This document shows, piece by piece, positions 1 through 9,892 of a stretch of DNA of 43,860 bases (the stretch's first letter is position 1; each line of letters opens with the position of its first letter). This DNA comes from Chthoniobacteraceae bacterium (GTDB lineage Bacteria > Verrucomicrobiota > Verrucomicrobiia > Chthoniobacterales > Chthoniobacteraceae), in contig JANNXQ010000095.1 of the NCBI GenBank assembly GCA_031409655.1, positions 1 to 43,860 of the forward strand. The letters run 5' to 3'. The notes under the pieces were generated by a model. The model searched no databases and was not told where the DNA came from. It saw only the letters and a list, made by a program, of their open reading frames with translations. A program made the translations under genes and the position numbers.

Positions 1-690
1 GCTCGGGCCGGGCAGGAGGTCGATGGCCACTTGCCCGAAGGCCTGCCGCTTGGCCTCGACGACGTAGGCATTGCCGGGACCGAAGATCTTCTGCACGGGG
101 CGAATCGTCGCGGTGCCATAGGCAAGCGCGGCGATGGCCTGTGCGCCGCCAACGCGCCAGACTTCTGTGGCACCGGCGACCTGCAACGCGTGGAGCAGCG
201 CCTGATTCACCTTTCCATCCTGACCGGAGGGCGTGGTGACGACGATCTCTGGACAGCCCGCCGCCTGGGCCAGCGTGCAAGTCATAATCGCCGTGGAAAC
301 GAGCGGGGCCGTCCCGCCCGGCACGTAGATGCCGACGCGCTGGAAAGGATCGAAGCGCTCGCCAACAAGCGCGCCCTGGGCATTTTTCATCGTCCAATTC
401 TTCCGCAGACTTTGCTGCGCGAAGCGGAAGACGTTGGCATGTGCTTCCTTGATGGCGGCTCGCGTCGCGGCGTCCACTTTCGGTTTCCCGAGCACCCGCA
501 TTTCGCTCGGTTTCAGCCGCGGTCCGCCGAAGCGCGCCGTGAATTCCAGCAAGGCCGAGTCGCCCTTTGCGCGCACGGCCTCGAAGATCTCCTCCACGGT
601 CTGGCGAACTTGCGGCGTGGGTTCGGCGTGACGCTGCAACGCGGTGAGAGCGGTGGAAAAATCAGCGTCGGTGTGGCGGAGGATGCGCAT
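1..690 (-). CDS. hisD: Histidinol dehydrogenase, N-terminal 230 codons (runs off window start)
   Basis: Not in ORF track. Manual translation from ATG at 690: MRILRHTDADF...VRAKGDSALLEFT...RVGIYVPGGTAPLVST...GGAQAIAALAYGT...KIFGPGNAYVVEAKRQ...IDLLPGPS, the typical HisD motifs. Confidence 0.95.
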   Translation of the reverse strand, partial: MRILRHTDADFSTALTALQRHAEPTPQVRQTVEEIFEAVRAKGDSALLEFTARFGGPRLKPSEMRVLGKPKVDAATRAAIKEAHANVFRFAQQSLRKNWTMKNAQGALVGERFDPFQRVGIYVPGGTAPLVSTAIMTCTLAQAAGCPEIVVTTPSGQDGKVNQALLHALQVAGATEVWRVGGAQAIAALAYGTATIRPVQKIFGPGNAYVVEAKRQAFGQVAIDLLPGPS

Positions 691-801
691 GGCAGCGGTA
701 GTGAGTAGTCGGTCGGCCGTGGTCAGACAACTACGGCGCGGGTCCACGATCTGGCGCAATTTCCCGGATCACGTCGCGCTGGCCCGCCAGCACTCCCGGC
801 C

Positions 802-1386
802 TCACGGCTGGCCGCAGAACTTGAAGAGAAACATCTCCGCGGCGTTGTCCTGCGGGTAGTAGAGCTTGAGGGCGCCGTCGCGATTTTTGAGATCCACCTT
901 CACCGCACAGCTCGCGCGGCGGCAGTGAACCTGATGCACGCCGAGGGTGTCGCCGGCGTACAGTTCACCCCAGACTTCGGCGCGCACGGCGGTCTTCGCT
1001 TTCGTCACCAGCATCTCACTGAGCACCTCATGCTCGTATTCCTGATAGGTGAGCTGGAGCTGCGCGTCGATCGTCAGGTAGTCGAGACCGGGCACTTCAT
1101 CGAGACTCGTCGCCGGACGCTCCGTCCACGTCGAGGTGATGGTCGCGACGCGCACCCGGCCATCGAAGCCCGCATCACGATTGAAGCGCGAGAGGGTATT
1201 GATGGCGCACTTCAAGCGGCCGAAAGGCGGGGCCTCGATGGTGATCCAGACGTGATCGTTGCGCAGCGGATCTTCCTCTTTCTCGACTTCCACGGCGTAA
1301 GGCACGCCGATCACATGCACGAATTTTTTCGGGGAAGTGCGGATGCGCTCGAAGAGCAGCGTGCGGGCGTCGGCTTTACGTCCCAT
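802..1386 (-). CDS. Hypothetical protein, DUF2278/YukJ-like
   Basis: 194 aa; start overlaps the upstream gene end by 11 nt. HVWITI..G.LKCAIN and GVHQVH...DGAL resemble the DUF2278 GIHDIH...DG motif (by recall). Confidence 0.6.
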   Translation of the reverse strand: MGRKADARTLLFERIRTSPKKFVHVIGVPYAVEVEKEEDPLRNDHVWITIEAPPFGRLKCAINTLSRFNRDAGFDGRVRVATITSTWTERPATSLDEVPGLDYLTIDAQLQLTYQEYEHEVLSEMLVTKAKTAVRAEVWGELYAGDTLGVHQVHCRRASCAVKVDLKNRDGALKLYYPQDNAAEMFLFKFCGQP

Positions 1387-2554
1387 TTCTTTTGGTGCCC
1401 GTCACGGAGCGCCCGGAGCGACCCCGTTTGGGTTTGGTGAGGTCGGTGCGGTGTTCGATTTTCTCGACGCGACCATGTTTGAAATACTGGACCCGCAGCG
1501 CCTCGTAGAGGGCGTCGCGGCGCGCATAGAGCCGCTTCAGTTTGCGGGGCTTCGCCTTGCTCAGGGCATAGGCGGTGATGAGCGGCAGGGTGATCGTCGA
1601 ATCGCAGTAGCAGACGACGCAATCGGGGAGATTCGCCGGGTCGATTTTTCCCCAGCTCACCGCTTCGCCTGGAGTCGCACCGCTCAAGCCGCCGGTATCC
1701 GGACGTGCGTCGGTACACTGCAGGAAGTAATCGTGCCCGCGTTCCTCGATGCCCATGACCTCCTGGATCTGCGGCTCGGTCTGGAGGATGAAATTTTTCG
1801 GCGAACCGCCGCCGAGGATAAAGACGCTCGAAGTCTGCCCGGCGGACTTCGCGCCATAGACGATCGCCGCCGTCTGGTTCACGTCCCGATTCACATCGAT
1901 CGCCAGTCGCGCATCCCGCAGCGACATCGCCGCCACATTCATCCCGATGGAGCTGTCGCCGGGCGAGCTGGTGAAGATCGGAACTCCGTATTGATAAGCC
2001 GCGCTCAGCACGCTGGTCTCCCGCAGGCCGAGTTTTTTCTCCCGCTCATAGACGTACTTGCCGAGCAGATAGTGAAACTCGTCCGTGCCCATCGAGCGTT
2101 GAAACTCCGGCGCCTGGATTGCCTGGCGCACAAAGGCGTCGGTATCGAGCAGCACGTCATAATCAAAGAGCACGTCGTAGATGCGGATGATGCCTTCCTC
2201 GCGCAGCTCGACGTCATTGAGCGAAGGCGACCCTGCATAGAGCGGCATCCCGAGGCCGAAGTGCAGATCGTGGTAGAGATTCGCGCCCGTGGAGATGATC
2301 CAGTCCACGAAGCCCGCTTTCAGCAGCGGGATGATGGCCGATTTTCCCAGCCCTGCCGGGGTGAGCGCGCCCGTGAGCGACATGCCCACAGTACCTTCGC
2401 CCGCGATCATCTTCTCGGTGAAAAGGCGGCAGGCCTCTGCCAGCCGTCCGCCATTGTAGGCTTTGAAGGCGGTGTCGATGAGGTCGGTGACCTTCATCCC
2501 TTTGCGGATCGAGCCTGGTAGCAGGCGCGGGAACTTTTTGTTCAGCGAGGACAT
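1376..2554 (-). CDS. Deoxyhypusine synthase-like protein (probable homospermidine synthase)
   Basis: Motifs [44 protein letters not shown] with catalytic Lys. ATG at 2554 preferred over TTG at 2593. Confidence 0.92.
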   Translation of the reverse strand: MSSLNKKFPRLLPGSIRKGMKVTDLIDTAFKAYNGGRLAEACRLFTEKMIAGEGTVGMSLTGALTPAGLGKSAIIPLLKAGFVDWIISTGANLYHDLHFGLGMPLYAGSPSLNDVELREEGIIRIYDVLFDYDVLLDTDAFVRQAIQAPEFQRSMGTDEFHYLLGKYVYEREKKLGLRETSVLSAAYQYGVPIFTSSPGDSSIGMNVAAMSLRDARLAIDVNRDVNQTAAIVYGAKSAGQTSSVFILGGGSPKNFILQTEPQIQEVMGIEERGHDYFLQCTDARPDTGGLSGATPGEAVSWGKIDPANLPDCVVCYCDSTITLPLITAYALSKAKPRKLKRLYARRDALYEALRVQYFKHGRVEKIEHRTDLTKPKRGRSGRSVTGTKRNGT

Positions 2555-2660
2555 TTGGGGCACGGAGGCTAGCGCATCGCGGCGGCCCGTCAATGTCTCC
2601 CACCAGACCGATGCGCCCGGGCCGCGAAGCCCGGAGGAGAGAGGAGCCCCGACCGCTGGA

Positions 2661-3341
2661 TCAGGCGTCGAGCCGGTAGCCGAAGCCGCGCACCGTCTGC
2701 ACTTGCTTGCCGACCGGGCCGAGCTTTTCGCGGAGGCGGCGCAGGTGGGTATCCACGGTGCGCAGCTCGATCTCGCTTTCCGCGGGCCAGACCTTGGCCA
2801 GGAGTTCCTCCCGGCTCAGGACGTGGCCGGGGCGCTCCAGGAAAGCGCACAGGAGCCGGTATTCGATCGAGGTCACCTGGATCGGCGCGCCTTTGATCGT
2901 GACGACGTGCTTCTTGCGGTCGATCGCGATGTTTCCCGTCTCGAGCAGGTCGCTGTTCTCGAGAGGATTTGAGCGCCGCCGGAGGATGGCTTTCACCCGC
3001 AGCACGAGTTCCCTCGGGCTGAAGGGCTTCGTCATGTAGTCATCGACGCCGAGTTCAAAGGCGAGGATGCGATCGACTTCGTCCGCCCGCGCCGTGAGCA
3101 GGAGGATGGCGATCGCCGCCGTCGCCGTTTGCCGCTTCAGCTCGCGGCAGACTTCGATGCCGGTCATCCCGGGCATCATGATGTCCAGGACGATGAGCGC
3201 CGGCTCCTCGCGCCGGGCCTGGGAGAGTGCCGTCGAGCCGTCCATCGCCGTGGAAATGCGGTAGCCGGCGGCTTTCAAATTCGTGCCGACGAGATTGAGA
3301 ATGTCGTTTTCGTCGTCGGCGATCAGGATGTGGCTGCTCAT
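2661..3341 (-). CDS. OmpR/PhoB-family response regulator, PhoB-like
   Basis: Receiver domain (ADDE, LDIMMP, KPFS) plus winged helix with [14 protein letters not shown] and TVRGFGY, close to the PhoB recognition helix. Confidence 0.93.
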   Translation of the reverse strand: MSSHILIADDENDILNLVGTNLKAAGYRISTAMDGSTALSQARREEPALIVLDIMMPGMTGIEVCRELKRQTATAAIAILLLTARADEVDRILAFELGVDDYMTKPFSPRELVLRVKAILRRRSNPLENSDLLETGNIAIDRKKHVVTIKGAPIQVTSIEYRLLCAFLERPGHVLSREELLAKVWPAESEIELRTVDTHLRRLREKLGPVGKQVQTVRGFGYRLDA

Positions 3342-3477
3342 CGGTTCGTGAAAACTGGCAGTGACTTGTCACGAACGTGAGGCGCAGGCGTTACAATGTG
3401 ACGAACTATCCCGGGCTGGCGAGGGGAGCGCTGGGAAGCGCGCGGGGAGTCCGCCACCCCGGAGGAATGTCTTTTGA

Positions 3478-3495
3478 TTGTTACATTGAGGTCGC
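3478..3495 (+). promoter_or_regulatory. Pho-box-like tandem repeat upstream of PEP-CTERM gene 1
   Basis: TTGTTAC-ATTG-AGGTCGC, 11-bp period, about 105 nt upstream of ATG 3602. Confidence 0.4.
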
Positions 3496-3601
3496 GAAGT
3501 CTCCACACGTGCCGGGCAAGTTTATCAGTGAGCCGAAGGCGGGAATTTAGCCCCCGCCCGGCACGGCTCTCCCAAAACCTACAAAGCAATTCCATAAATA
3601 A

Positions 3602-4468
3602 ATGATCAAAGCCCCTAAACTCCTCGCTTTCGCGGCGCTCGCCGTCAGCGGACTCGCAGTCGCTCCTGCGGTCGCGCAAAATCCCGCCTTCGACTACGGC
3701 GACCTCGTTCTAGGCTTCCAAGCCACCGGCGGGACCGGCAGCGGAAGCTACCTTCTCGCCCGGATCGGTGTAGCCAGCATCCTCCGCGATGCGGCTGGCA
3801 CTATTTCCCTCGCCAATATCGGTGCTGATTTGACGACAGCATTTGGCGCCAACTGGTTTGAGCGTACCGACCTTTACGTTGGGGTGGCTGCGATCGGCAG
3901 CAACGATGAATTCAACGGCTATTTCCAGAATGGTGATCCCGACCTTACTCCTTACATCGGGATTCCGCGCCAGTCCGTTGGTGTTGCGGGCACCGCTGGT
4001 TCGTTTGCACCCATCCTCAACGGTGCGGCGACGCAGCAGGCGGCGAGTGCCATCTTCGCGGCACACAGTATCTTCGAGGCCGCTGGCACTGGTACGGTTT
4101 CGAGTATTTCCAAAGGCTTCAATCTTACTGACTACGACGATCAAAACCCGATCGCCGCAGGTGTCCAAGGCACTGCTTACGATGTCTTCGCGGGTGGCAC
4201 GCAAGTCGTCCTCACCGCTGGGTTGTTTGGCAATGTGGGTGGCATCAATGCGGAGGCCGCGCTCGATCTCTACCGCATCCAGCGTTTCAACGACATTCCC
4301 GGCCAGTTTGGTCTCGGCCAGCCGACAGACGTTGGCACCTTCGAAGGCACCGTCGTCATCAATAGTGCAGGCCAAGTTTCTCTTGTCTCGGTTCCGGAGC
4401 CAACGACCTTCGGGCTCCTTTCCGTCGGTGCGGCCATCGTAGGTCTCGCCCGCCGTCGGCGCCGGTAA
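3602..4468 (+). CDS. PEP-CTERM sorting-domain surface protein (paralog 1)
   Basis: Sec signal peptide (AVA-Q); C-terminal VPEP + hydrophobic helix + RRRRR. Confidence 0.93.
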   Translation: MIKAPKLLAFAALAVSGLAVAPAVAQNPAFDYGDLVLGFQATGGTGSGSYLLARIGVASILRDAAGTISLANIGADLTTAFGANWFERTDLYVGVAAIGSNDEFNGYFQNGDPDLTPYIGIPRQSVGVAGTAGSFAPILNGAATQQAASAIFAAHSIFEAAGTGTVSSISKGFNLTDYDDQNPIAAGVQGTAYDVFAGGTQVVLTAGLFGNVGGINAEAALDLYRIQRFNDIPGQFGLGQPTDVGTFEGTVVINSAGQVSLVSVPEPTTFGLLSVGAAIVGLARRRRR

Positions 4469-4512
4469 AAGGAGTGATGCGGTAATTTGCGTCAATAAGT
4501 TATATCGCACAT

Positions 4513-4554
4513 GCCGCTGCATCGCTAATCCCGGTGCAGCGGCGCCTGTTTTTT
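4513..4554 (+). terminator. Probable intrinsic terminator
   Basis: Stem GCCGCTGCATCG/CGGTGCAGCGGC followed by GCCTGTTTTTT. Confidence 0.55.
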
Positions 4555-4767
4555 GCAATTTGAGGTTGGTTAAACCGATCTTTCTGGCGACCGCTGGCAC
4601 GTCACCGAATCGGTGAGCCAGCGTCCCGACTCACTCGAATTCGCAAACCCCAGCTTTGATGAACCTGACGTCCGTCCGATGGTTTCGCTACCGTCCTCGT
4701 TTTGAGCGTTCCGCCAAAACCCAGCACCACTCAGCGCGCCTGAGTCACCTTTTCACCTACCGTCACA

Positions 4768-6606
4768 TTGAATAACATCACCCCGCCCCTTCCAGAAAAG
4801 CGACTGCGCGATCATGAACTAATCATCGAGCGTCACGGCTGGCAGAAATTTGCCCACTGGCTACGGACCCTTCCCGGAAGGCTGTCGGTAGCAATCCTCG
4901 TGGCGGTGATGATCCTCGTCTGGACGGCGCCGACGATCAATCGAGCGGCCAAAGTCTGGCGGGTGAAGAAATTGATCGCACAGTCCCAAGTGGCGCAGAA
5001 GGCGGGTGACGAGGTCGCGGAAACAAGGTTTCTCCAGGAATCCTTGAATCTTTTGCCGGCACACGCACTTACCCTCCGGGCGCAGGCACAATATCATGAG
5101 CGGCGAGGCGAAACCGCAGCGCTGGCCGCTTACCGCCAGCTCCTCGGCAACGAGGACGTTACTACGGATGACGCCGTCCGTGCCTGCCGTCTCGTCGCTT
5201 TGCGGGGCTCGCGGGACATGTGTGAAAAAATCCTTGAGCTCGCGACGCGAATTCAGGGCACGGGCGAACATCCCGCACTCCTCGCACTCCGCGCTCGTAC
5301 GAAGGCGTCGGTCAATGCGTGGAGCGAATCACTGGCTCTTTCAGAAAAGGCCGTCGAACAGGCCAGGAGCGGGGCTTCGGAGAAAATGCTCCTCGCGACG
5401 ACCTTGCTCCGGGCGGCCGATCACGTCGCCGAAGGCGAGGTTTTCCCAATGGCGGAACGAGCCGTCGCTTTGCTCGACGCACTGGCCACGAGCCCGGATG
5501 AAATCGGTGTGGAGGCGCTTAGCGCCCTGATCTCGCTCGCCCCTCAGCCTGCGGCGGTGAAATTGTTTGCTGGCCGCAACGTCAATGCGTGGATAGAAGC
5601 GGCGGAGAGCAATTCGAAAGCCAGCCCGAAGCTGCGCGTTCTGGCCTGGACCCTTCAGTTCGTCGGGAAACGCGAAGAGTCAGAAAAGTCCCTCGCGGCC
5701 TTTCGCGAAAAGTGGCGTGAATCCCCGCTGCCCGAACGTCTTGAGGCGGCCCGCTGGCTGAATCAGAACGGCCATCCGCGGCTGTGCCTCGGACTCACTT
5801 TCCCGGAGAAGGATACTTCGGCGGATTGGTTCCTCGTCCACCTCGACGCCCTCGCGGCCCTTCGCCAATGGCCAGCGTTGCTCGAAAATCTGGACGCCGG
5901 AACTGGTCAGGCGGCGGCGATGTCCGGCGCGCTCCGCTCGCTTTTCCGGATCATTGCGCGTGCGGCATTGCACGAGCCAGTCAATGTCGAAGAGGCATGG
6001 CGTGAAATTCAGCTCCAGCTCCAAGGCGATCCTGTCCCAACACAGTTATTCATTGCCCAATACGCCGAAAAGACCGGCGAATTCAAGCAGGCCGCGACCG
6101 CCTACCAGCGGATCCTTGACCTTTCGACGACTTCATCCCTCGCTCACAATTTGAGTCGGGAAGCGAAGCTTGTCTGTTACACGGGACTTTTGCGCAGCCT
6201 GCCGATTTCCGCGCCCCTCTCGGAGGTGCTACAAATTGTCGAACTACTCGCAAATGAGTTTCCGGAACTCGAAGAAGCGCGCTACGATACCATCTATCTT
6301 CGGACCCTTGCTGGTAAGTTAAATGACGAGGACCGTGCGGAGGTTGCAAAGTTCCTGGCGCGGCCGCCGGTGGCACCGAAGCTCATCGCGGCAGCGGCGC
6401 TCATTGAACTTCAATCGGGGAATGCCGCCGTGGCGCACAAACTCTACGAAGACATCAAAATCGACTGGAACTCCGCGCTCGACCGCGTCAAGGTTGTGCG
6501 GGTCGCCGTGTTGGCAGCCGCTGGTCGCGCGGAGGAAGCGCGGGAGATGCGGGCAAAAATTAAGGAAAGCTATCTGCGCCCGGAAGAAGTGGCCTTGCTC
6601 CCCTGA
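4768..6606 (+). CDS. Membrane-anchored TPR-like alpha-helical repeat protein
   Basis: 612 aa, one N-terminal TM segment, then Ala/Leu-rich helical repeats (e.g. AQYAEKTGEFKQAATAYQRIL). TTG start uncertain. Confidence 0.75.
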   Translation: MNNITPPLPEKRLRDHELIIERHGWQKFAHWLRTLPGRLSVAILVAVMILVWTAPTINRAAKVWRVKKLIAQSQVAQKAGDEVAETRFLQESLNLLPAHALTLRAQAQYHERRGETAALAAYRQLLGNEDVTTDDAVRACRLVALRGSRDMCEKILELATRIQGTGEHPALLALRARTKASVNAWSESLALSEKAVEQARSGASEKMLLATTLLRAADHVAEGEVFPMAERAVALLDALATSPDEIGVEALSALISLAPQPAAVKLFAGRNVNAWIEAAESNSKASPKLRVLAWTLQFVGKREESEKSLAAFREKWRESPLPERLEAARWLNQNGHPRLCLGLTFPEKDTSADWFLVHLDALAALRQWPALLENLDAGTGQAAAMSGALRSLFRIIARAALHEPVNVEEAWREIQLQLQGDPVPTQLFIAQYAEKTGEFKQAATAYQRILDLSTTSSLAHNLSREAKLVCYTGLLRSLPISAPLSEVLQIVELLANEFPELEEARYDTIYLRTLAGKLNDEDRAEVAKFLARPPVAPKLIAAAALIELQSGNAAVAHKLYEDIKIDWNSALDRVKVVRVAVLAAAGRAEEAREMRAKIKESYLRPEEVALLP

Positions 6607-6756
6607 GCGGGGCGAGATGCGGAGTTTCGGGGTATCCCCTGAAGCCGGCACCTTTGCAGGTGGATGGCGCGCTTCCTTTGGCTCCGACAAAACTTAAACC
6701 GCCCCAGCCAGCCTTCTGGCGGGGATGAGTGCTGGCGAAAACGCTAGGCTGTGCGA

Positions 6757-8448
6757 TCACGGTTTGAGAATCGTTGGACCTACCTGCGCGATGACGCCCT
6801 GTAAGTCGGCGAGAGCGGTGCTTTCAGCGAAGCCATCACTCCCGTCCGATAAGTCAGCGGGCAAGTAAGTGGAAAAGGACACGAGCGCCCAGCGATGCTT
6901 CACGTTCCTAAAAGCAGACTCCCAATGAGTCATAAAAACGTGGCCGAAATGGTCGGCGGCAGCGACACCGTGGGCACTCTGGAACCAGAAGACGTGGATG
7001 CCGCGCCGACGCATCATCCGCCCGGTCGGTGGATCTTTCTCGTTCATGAAGAGGCGCAGCATGGTGGCATCGATCTCTCGACCGGCTACTTGCACCTTGA
7101 TCACCCGCTCGTCGAGGATGCGCCAGCCTTGGCCGACTGCGCAAGCTTCCGGCTGGTGCAATCCACGCCCCGCCACCCCATCGAGCACCACTGCGACCTG
7201 TGTGGGCAGGGTCGTGCGGCTCGTGTACATCATGCGAACCATCGTGACGTCGGCGGGGAGGCCACCGGCACCGCGCTCGAGATCGGTGATGGGTAGTTCC
7301 GTGCCTTGGGCCTGACCGATGCTGCGTGGCAGATCCATCGTCACACCCGCTTCGCCGGGGGAATGTTTATTCCCAGCGGAGGCGCAGAAGCCCAGCACCG
7401 CGCCACCGAAGGTCATTGCCACCATTGCTCGCACGACGGTGACCCGGAGGCTGTCGTCCCCCGCGCGATCACCGGGGCCGCTTGGCAGCTCTGCATTGCG
7501 GTTCCAGCGCGCACGCTCGAGCAGCGAACAGAGGCCAAACATTCCGGCCAAGGCCACCGCAAAAACTGTCACGCCGGCGAGTTGATGGAACCAACTCGTC
7601 TCTTCCCCGGTCGGCGTCAGTTTTCCGACGGCGAACTCCTCTCCCAGCCAGACCGCACCGAAAGCGAGCAGCACCAAGCGGACGATGTTCCCCGCGAGGG
7701 CGAGGGGTAAAGCACTGAGCAAGAGCACCCCGCGCGGCAGCGAGCGGCGGAGAAACCAATAACCGGAAAACGCGGCCAGCATGAGCAGTGCGTACAGCGA
7801 ACGAAGCCCGCTGCATGCCGCAGCCACGTCGAGCTTGAAGCGCGCACCCTCCGCGATGGCATTCGGCAAATCGGCAGCGGAAAAGACAGCAGTCCCTCGG
7901 CTGACCGCGGCCAGATCCATGAAACTGAGCAGTTTTGCCGTCAGGCTTGCCGCGATCACGCGCATGGGAACGGCGAGTTGGGAATCAAGGTAGGGATTCG
8001 GCCACATGAAAACCAGAAACATCCAGGGAAATATCAACACCCACATCCAAACCCAGCCACACAACCAGACGATCAAGCCCGCCAGGACAATCTGCGTCGC
8101 GGCAAACCCGAGGGAGACGCTGTCCGCCCTGTAGCCGAACCAAAAAACGAACCCCCCCACCAAGAGAATGCCGAGGCCACTCGCATGTCCCCGCAGAGGC
8201 AAGGTCTCCAACTGCGCACGGCTTCGCCACGCAAGCGCGAGGCTGATCAGCGGAACGAAGGGACAGAAAAGCCACTCCCCTGTTTGATTGGTGGCCAGTA
8301 TCTGCGCCCAGTCTGCGAACACGCTGACTTTCTCCGAAAATTGCCCGATCTTGTAAGGCCACCAAAGGAACAGGAGTGCCATCACCGCGACCGCGGCCGT
8401 CCAGCGCAGCGAGGAGCGGACGAAGGAAAGAGAAGCAGAGGAATGCAT
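6757..8448 (-). CDS. Exosortase fused to a C-terminal EpsI-like domain
   Basis: Multi-TM N-half with the catalytic triad context ACSGLRS, NIVR, FHQ; C-half carries the EpsI-type HQPEACAVGQGWRI motif. Confidence 0.92.
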   Translation of the reverse strand: MHSSASLSFVRSSLRWTAAVAVMALLFLWWPYKIGQFSEKVSVFADWAQILATNQTGEWLFCPFVPLISLALAWRSRAQLETLPLRGHASGLGILLVGGFVFWFGYRADSVSLGFAATQIVLAGLIVWLCGWVWMWVLIFPWMFLVFMWPNPYLDSQLAVPMRVIAASLTAKLLSFMDLAAVSRGTAVFSAADLPNAIAEGARFKLDVAAACSGLRSLYALLMLAAFSGYWFLRRSLPRGVLLLSALPLALAGNIVRLVLLAFGAVWLGEEFAVGKLTPTGEETSWFHQLAGVTVFAVALAGMFGLCSLLERARWNRNAELPSGPGDRAGDDSLRVTVVRAMVAMTFGGAVLGFCASAGNKHSPGEAGVTMDLPRSIGQAQGTELPITDLERGAGGLPADVTMVRMMYTSRTTLPTQVAVVLDGVAGRGLHQPEACAVGQGWRILDERVIKVQVAGREIDATMLRLFMNEKDPPTGRMMRRRGIHVFWFQSAHGVAAADHFGHVFMTHWESAFRNVKHRWALVSFSTYLPADLSDGSDGFAESTALADLQGVIAQVGPTILKP

Positions 8449-8772
8449 AATGGGGAGGCAAGAGAGGTTTCGCGGGCAGTGCCTTAGCTGGTAGCAAAGC
8501 CTCGCCGCTCTGGCGCAAACGGTTTGGCTTCCGCGGATAAGACGGAGAAGTGCCGCAGGCCTGTGAACACCGTGACCAGAGTCTTCATGAGGAGTGGAGT
8601 CGGAGTTACGGAGCGCTCTACTGGAGCGCTAAACAATCTCCAGATTAGCAATGACGGACCGTCCGGTGAAGCGACGATTCGGTGACAACGGCGCGTCCGA
8701 ATGAAGACGAAAGACGATCTTTTCGAGCAGGGAGCAGCAGCCCGCGATGGCGGCCTGCGCAGGAATCTAATC

Positions 8773-8790
8773 CTGTCACGAAAACGTTAC
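8773..8790 (+). promoter_or_regulatory. Pho-box-like tandem repeat upstream of PEP-CTERM gene 2
   Basis: CTGTCAC-GAAA-ACGTTAC, 11-bp period; compare consensus CTGTCAT-N4-CTGTCAY. Confidence 0.55.
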
Positions 8791-8918
8791 TTTGCAGTCG
8801 TGAGACCTCCATGCGCCCCATCCATACCTTGCCCCGATCGAGCTGCCCGGCCCTCCGACAACTCGATCGACCAAACTAGTAACCACATCACATCGCAGCA
8901 ATATCGATAACCATATCA

Positions 8919-9818
8919 ATGAATAACACCTCAAAGTCTCTCGCCCTGGCAGCTCTCGCCTTCGGCGGGCTCGCGCTCTCCTCCGCGAGTGCCCAAAACC
9001 CTAACTTCACCTACGGCGATCTCGTTCTCGGCTTCCAAGCCTCGGGCGGCGTCGGAAGTGGGAGCTACCTCTTCGTCAATCTCGGTGCAGCCGGTCTGAT
9101 CCGTGATTTCACCTCGAACACGCAGTTGATCAACGGCAGTCTATCGGGCCTGGCGAACCAGCTTGGCTTGACCTTCGGTGCAGGCTGGGCCAACCGCACC
9201 GATCTTTTCATGGGCGCGGGGGCGATCGGCAGTAACGATGAGTTCAATGGCTACTTTGGATTCAACGATCCAGATTTGACTTCTTACGTGAGCGTCCAGC
9301 GTTCGAGCGTCGGAACCGCGGGTAACGCGGGTTCCTTTGCGCCGATCCTCAACGGAGCCGCGACGCAGGATGTTGCGAATGGCCTCACCGCCGGACAGGC
9401 CACCTATGAGTTCCAGTCCACGGGCACGATCGCGGTCATCTCGAAAACAGCCAGCTTCACCGACTGGGACGACCAAAATCCCGTCAGCGGAACCACCCAG
9501 GGGACAGCGATCGGTGGCGTTTTTGCCGCGGGCATCCAGACCACGTTTGGTGCCGGGACCTTCGGCAACATTGGCGGCGTCAATGCCGAGGCCGCGCTCG
9601 ATCTCTACCGCATCCAGCGCTTCAACGACATCCCTGGCCAGTTCGGCTTCGGCGCGGCGACGGATCTCGGAACCTACGAAGGCTCCATCCTCATCGACAG
9701 CCTCGGCAACGTCAGCCTTGGCAACTTGGTGGCTGTGCCTGAGCCGTCCCTCTCGCTGCTCGTGGCGGGTGGCATGCTCGGCGTCATCGCGCGCCGCCGC
9801 CGGACCGCAACGGCATAA
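8919..9818 (+). CDS. PEP-CTERM sorting-domain surface protein (paralog 2)
   Basis: Signal peptide (ASA-Q); VPEP-TM-RRRR tail; collinear with 3602-4468. Confidence 0.93.
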   Translation: MNNTSKSLALAALAFGGLALSSASAQNPNFTYGDLVLGFQASGGVGSGSYLFVNLGAAGLIRDFTSNTQLINGSLSGLANQLGLTFGAGWANRTDLFMGAGAIGSNDEFNGYFGFNDPDLTSYVSVQRSSVGTAGNAGSFAPILNGAATQDVANGLTAGQATYEFQSTGTIAVISKTASFTDWDDQNPVSGTTQGTAIGGVFAAGIQTTFGAGTFGNIGGVNAEAALDLYRIQRFNDIPGQFGFGAATDLGTYEGSILIDSLGNVSLGNLVAVPEPSLSLLVAGGMLGVIARRRRTATA

Positions 9819-9892
9819 TTCCCACTGAAACAAAACCACAAGTAAGCAAGCAAACCAAAGCAAGTAACTAGCCCTCAATCCTCAATAAATAC

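Noticed and set aside
31..708. 225-aa plus-strand ORF
   Set aside because: Antisense shadow of hisD, which the ORF track missed because it runs off the edge.
1337..2521. 394-aa plus-strand ORF
   Set aside because: Antisense shadow of the DHS-like gene; no motifs.
4602..4616. Palindrome TCACCGA-A-TCGGTGA upstream of the TPR gene
   Set aside because: Single instance, spacing does not fit the 11-bp motif, no other support.
8682..8910. Small ORFs (65 and 69 aa) between exosortase and PEP-CTERM gene 2
   Set aside because: They overlap the likely divergent promoter region and Pho-like box, with no protein features.
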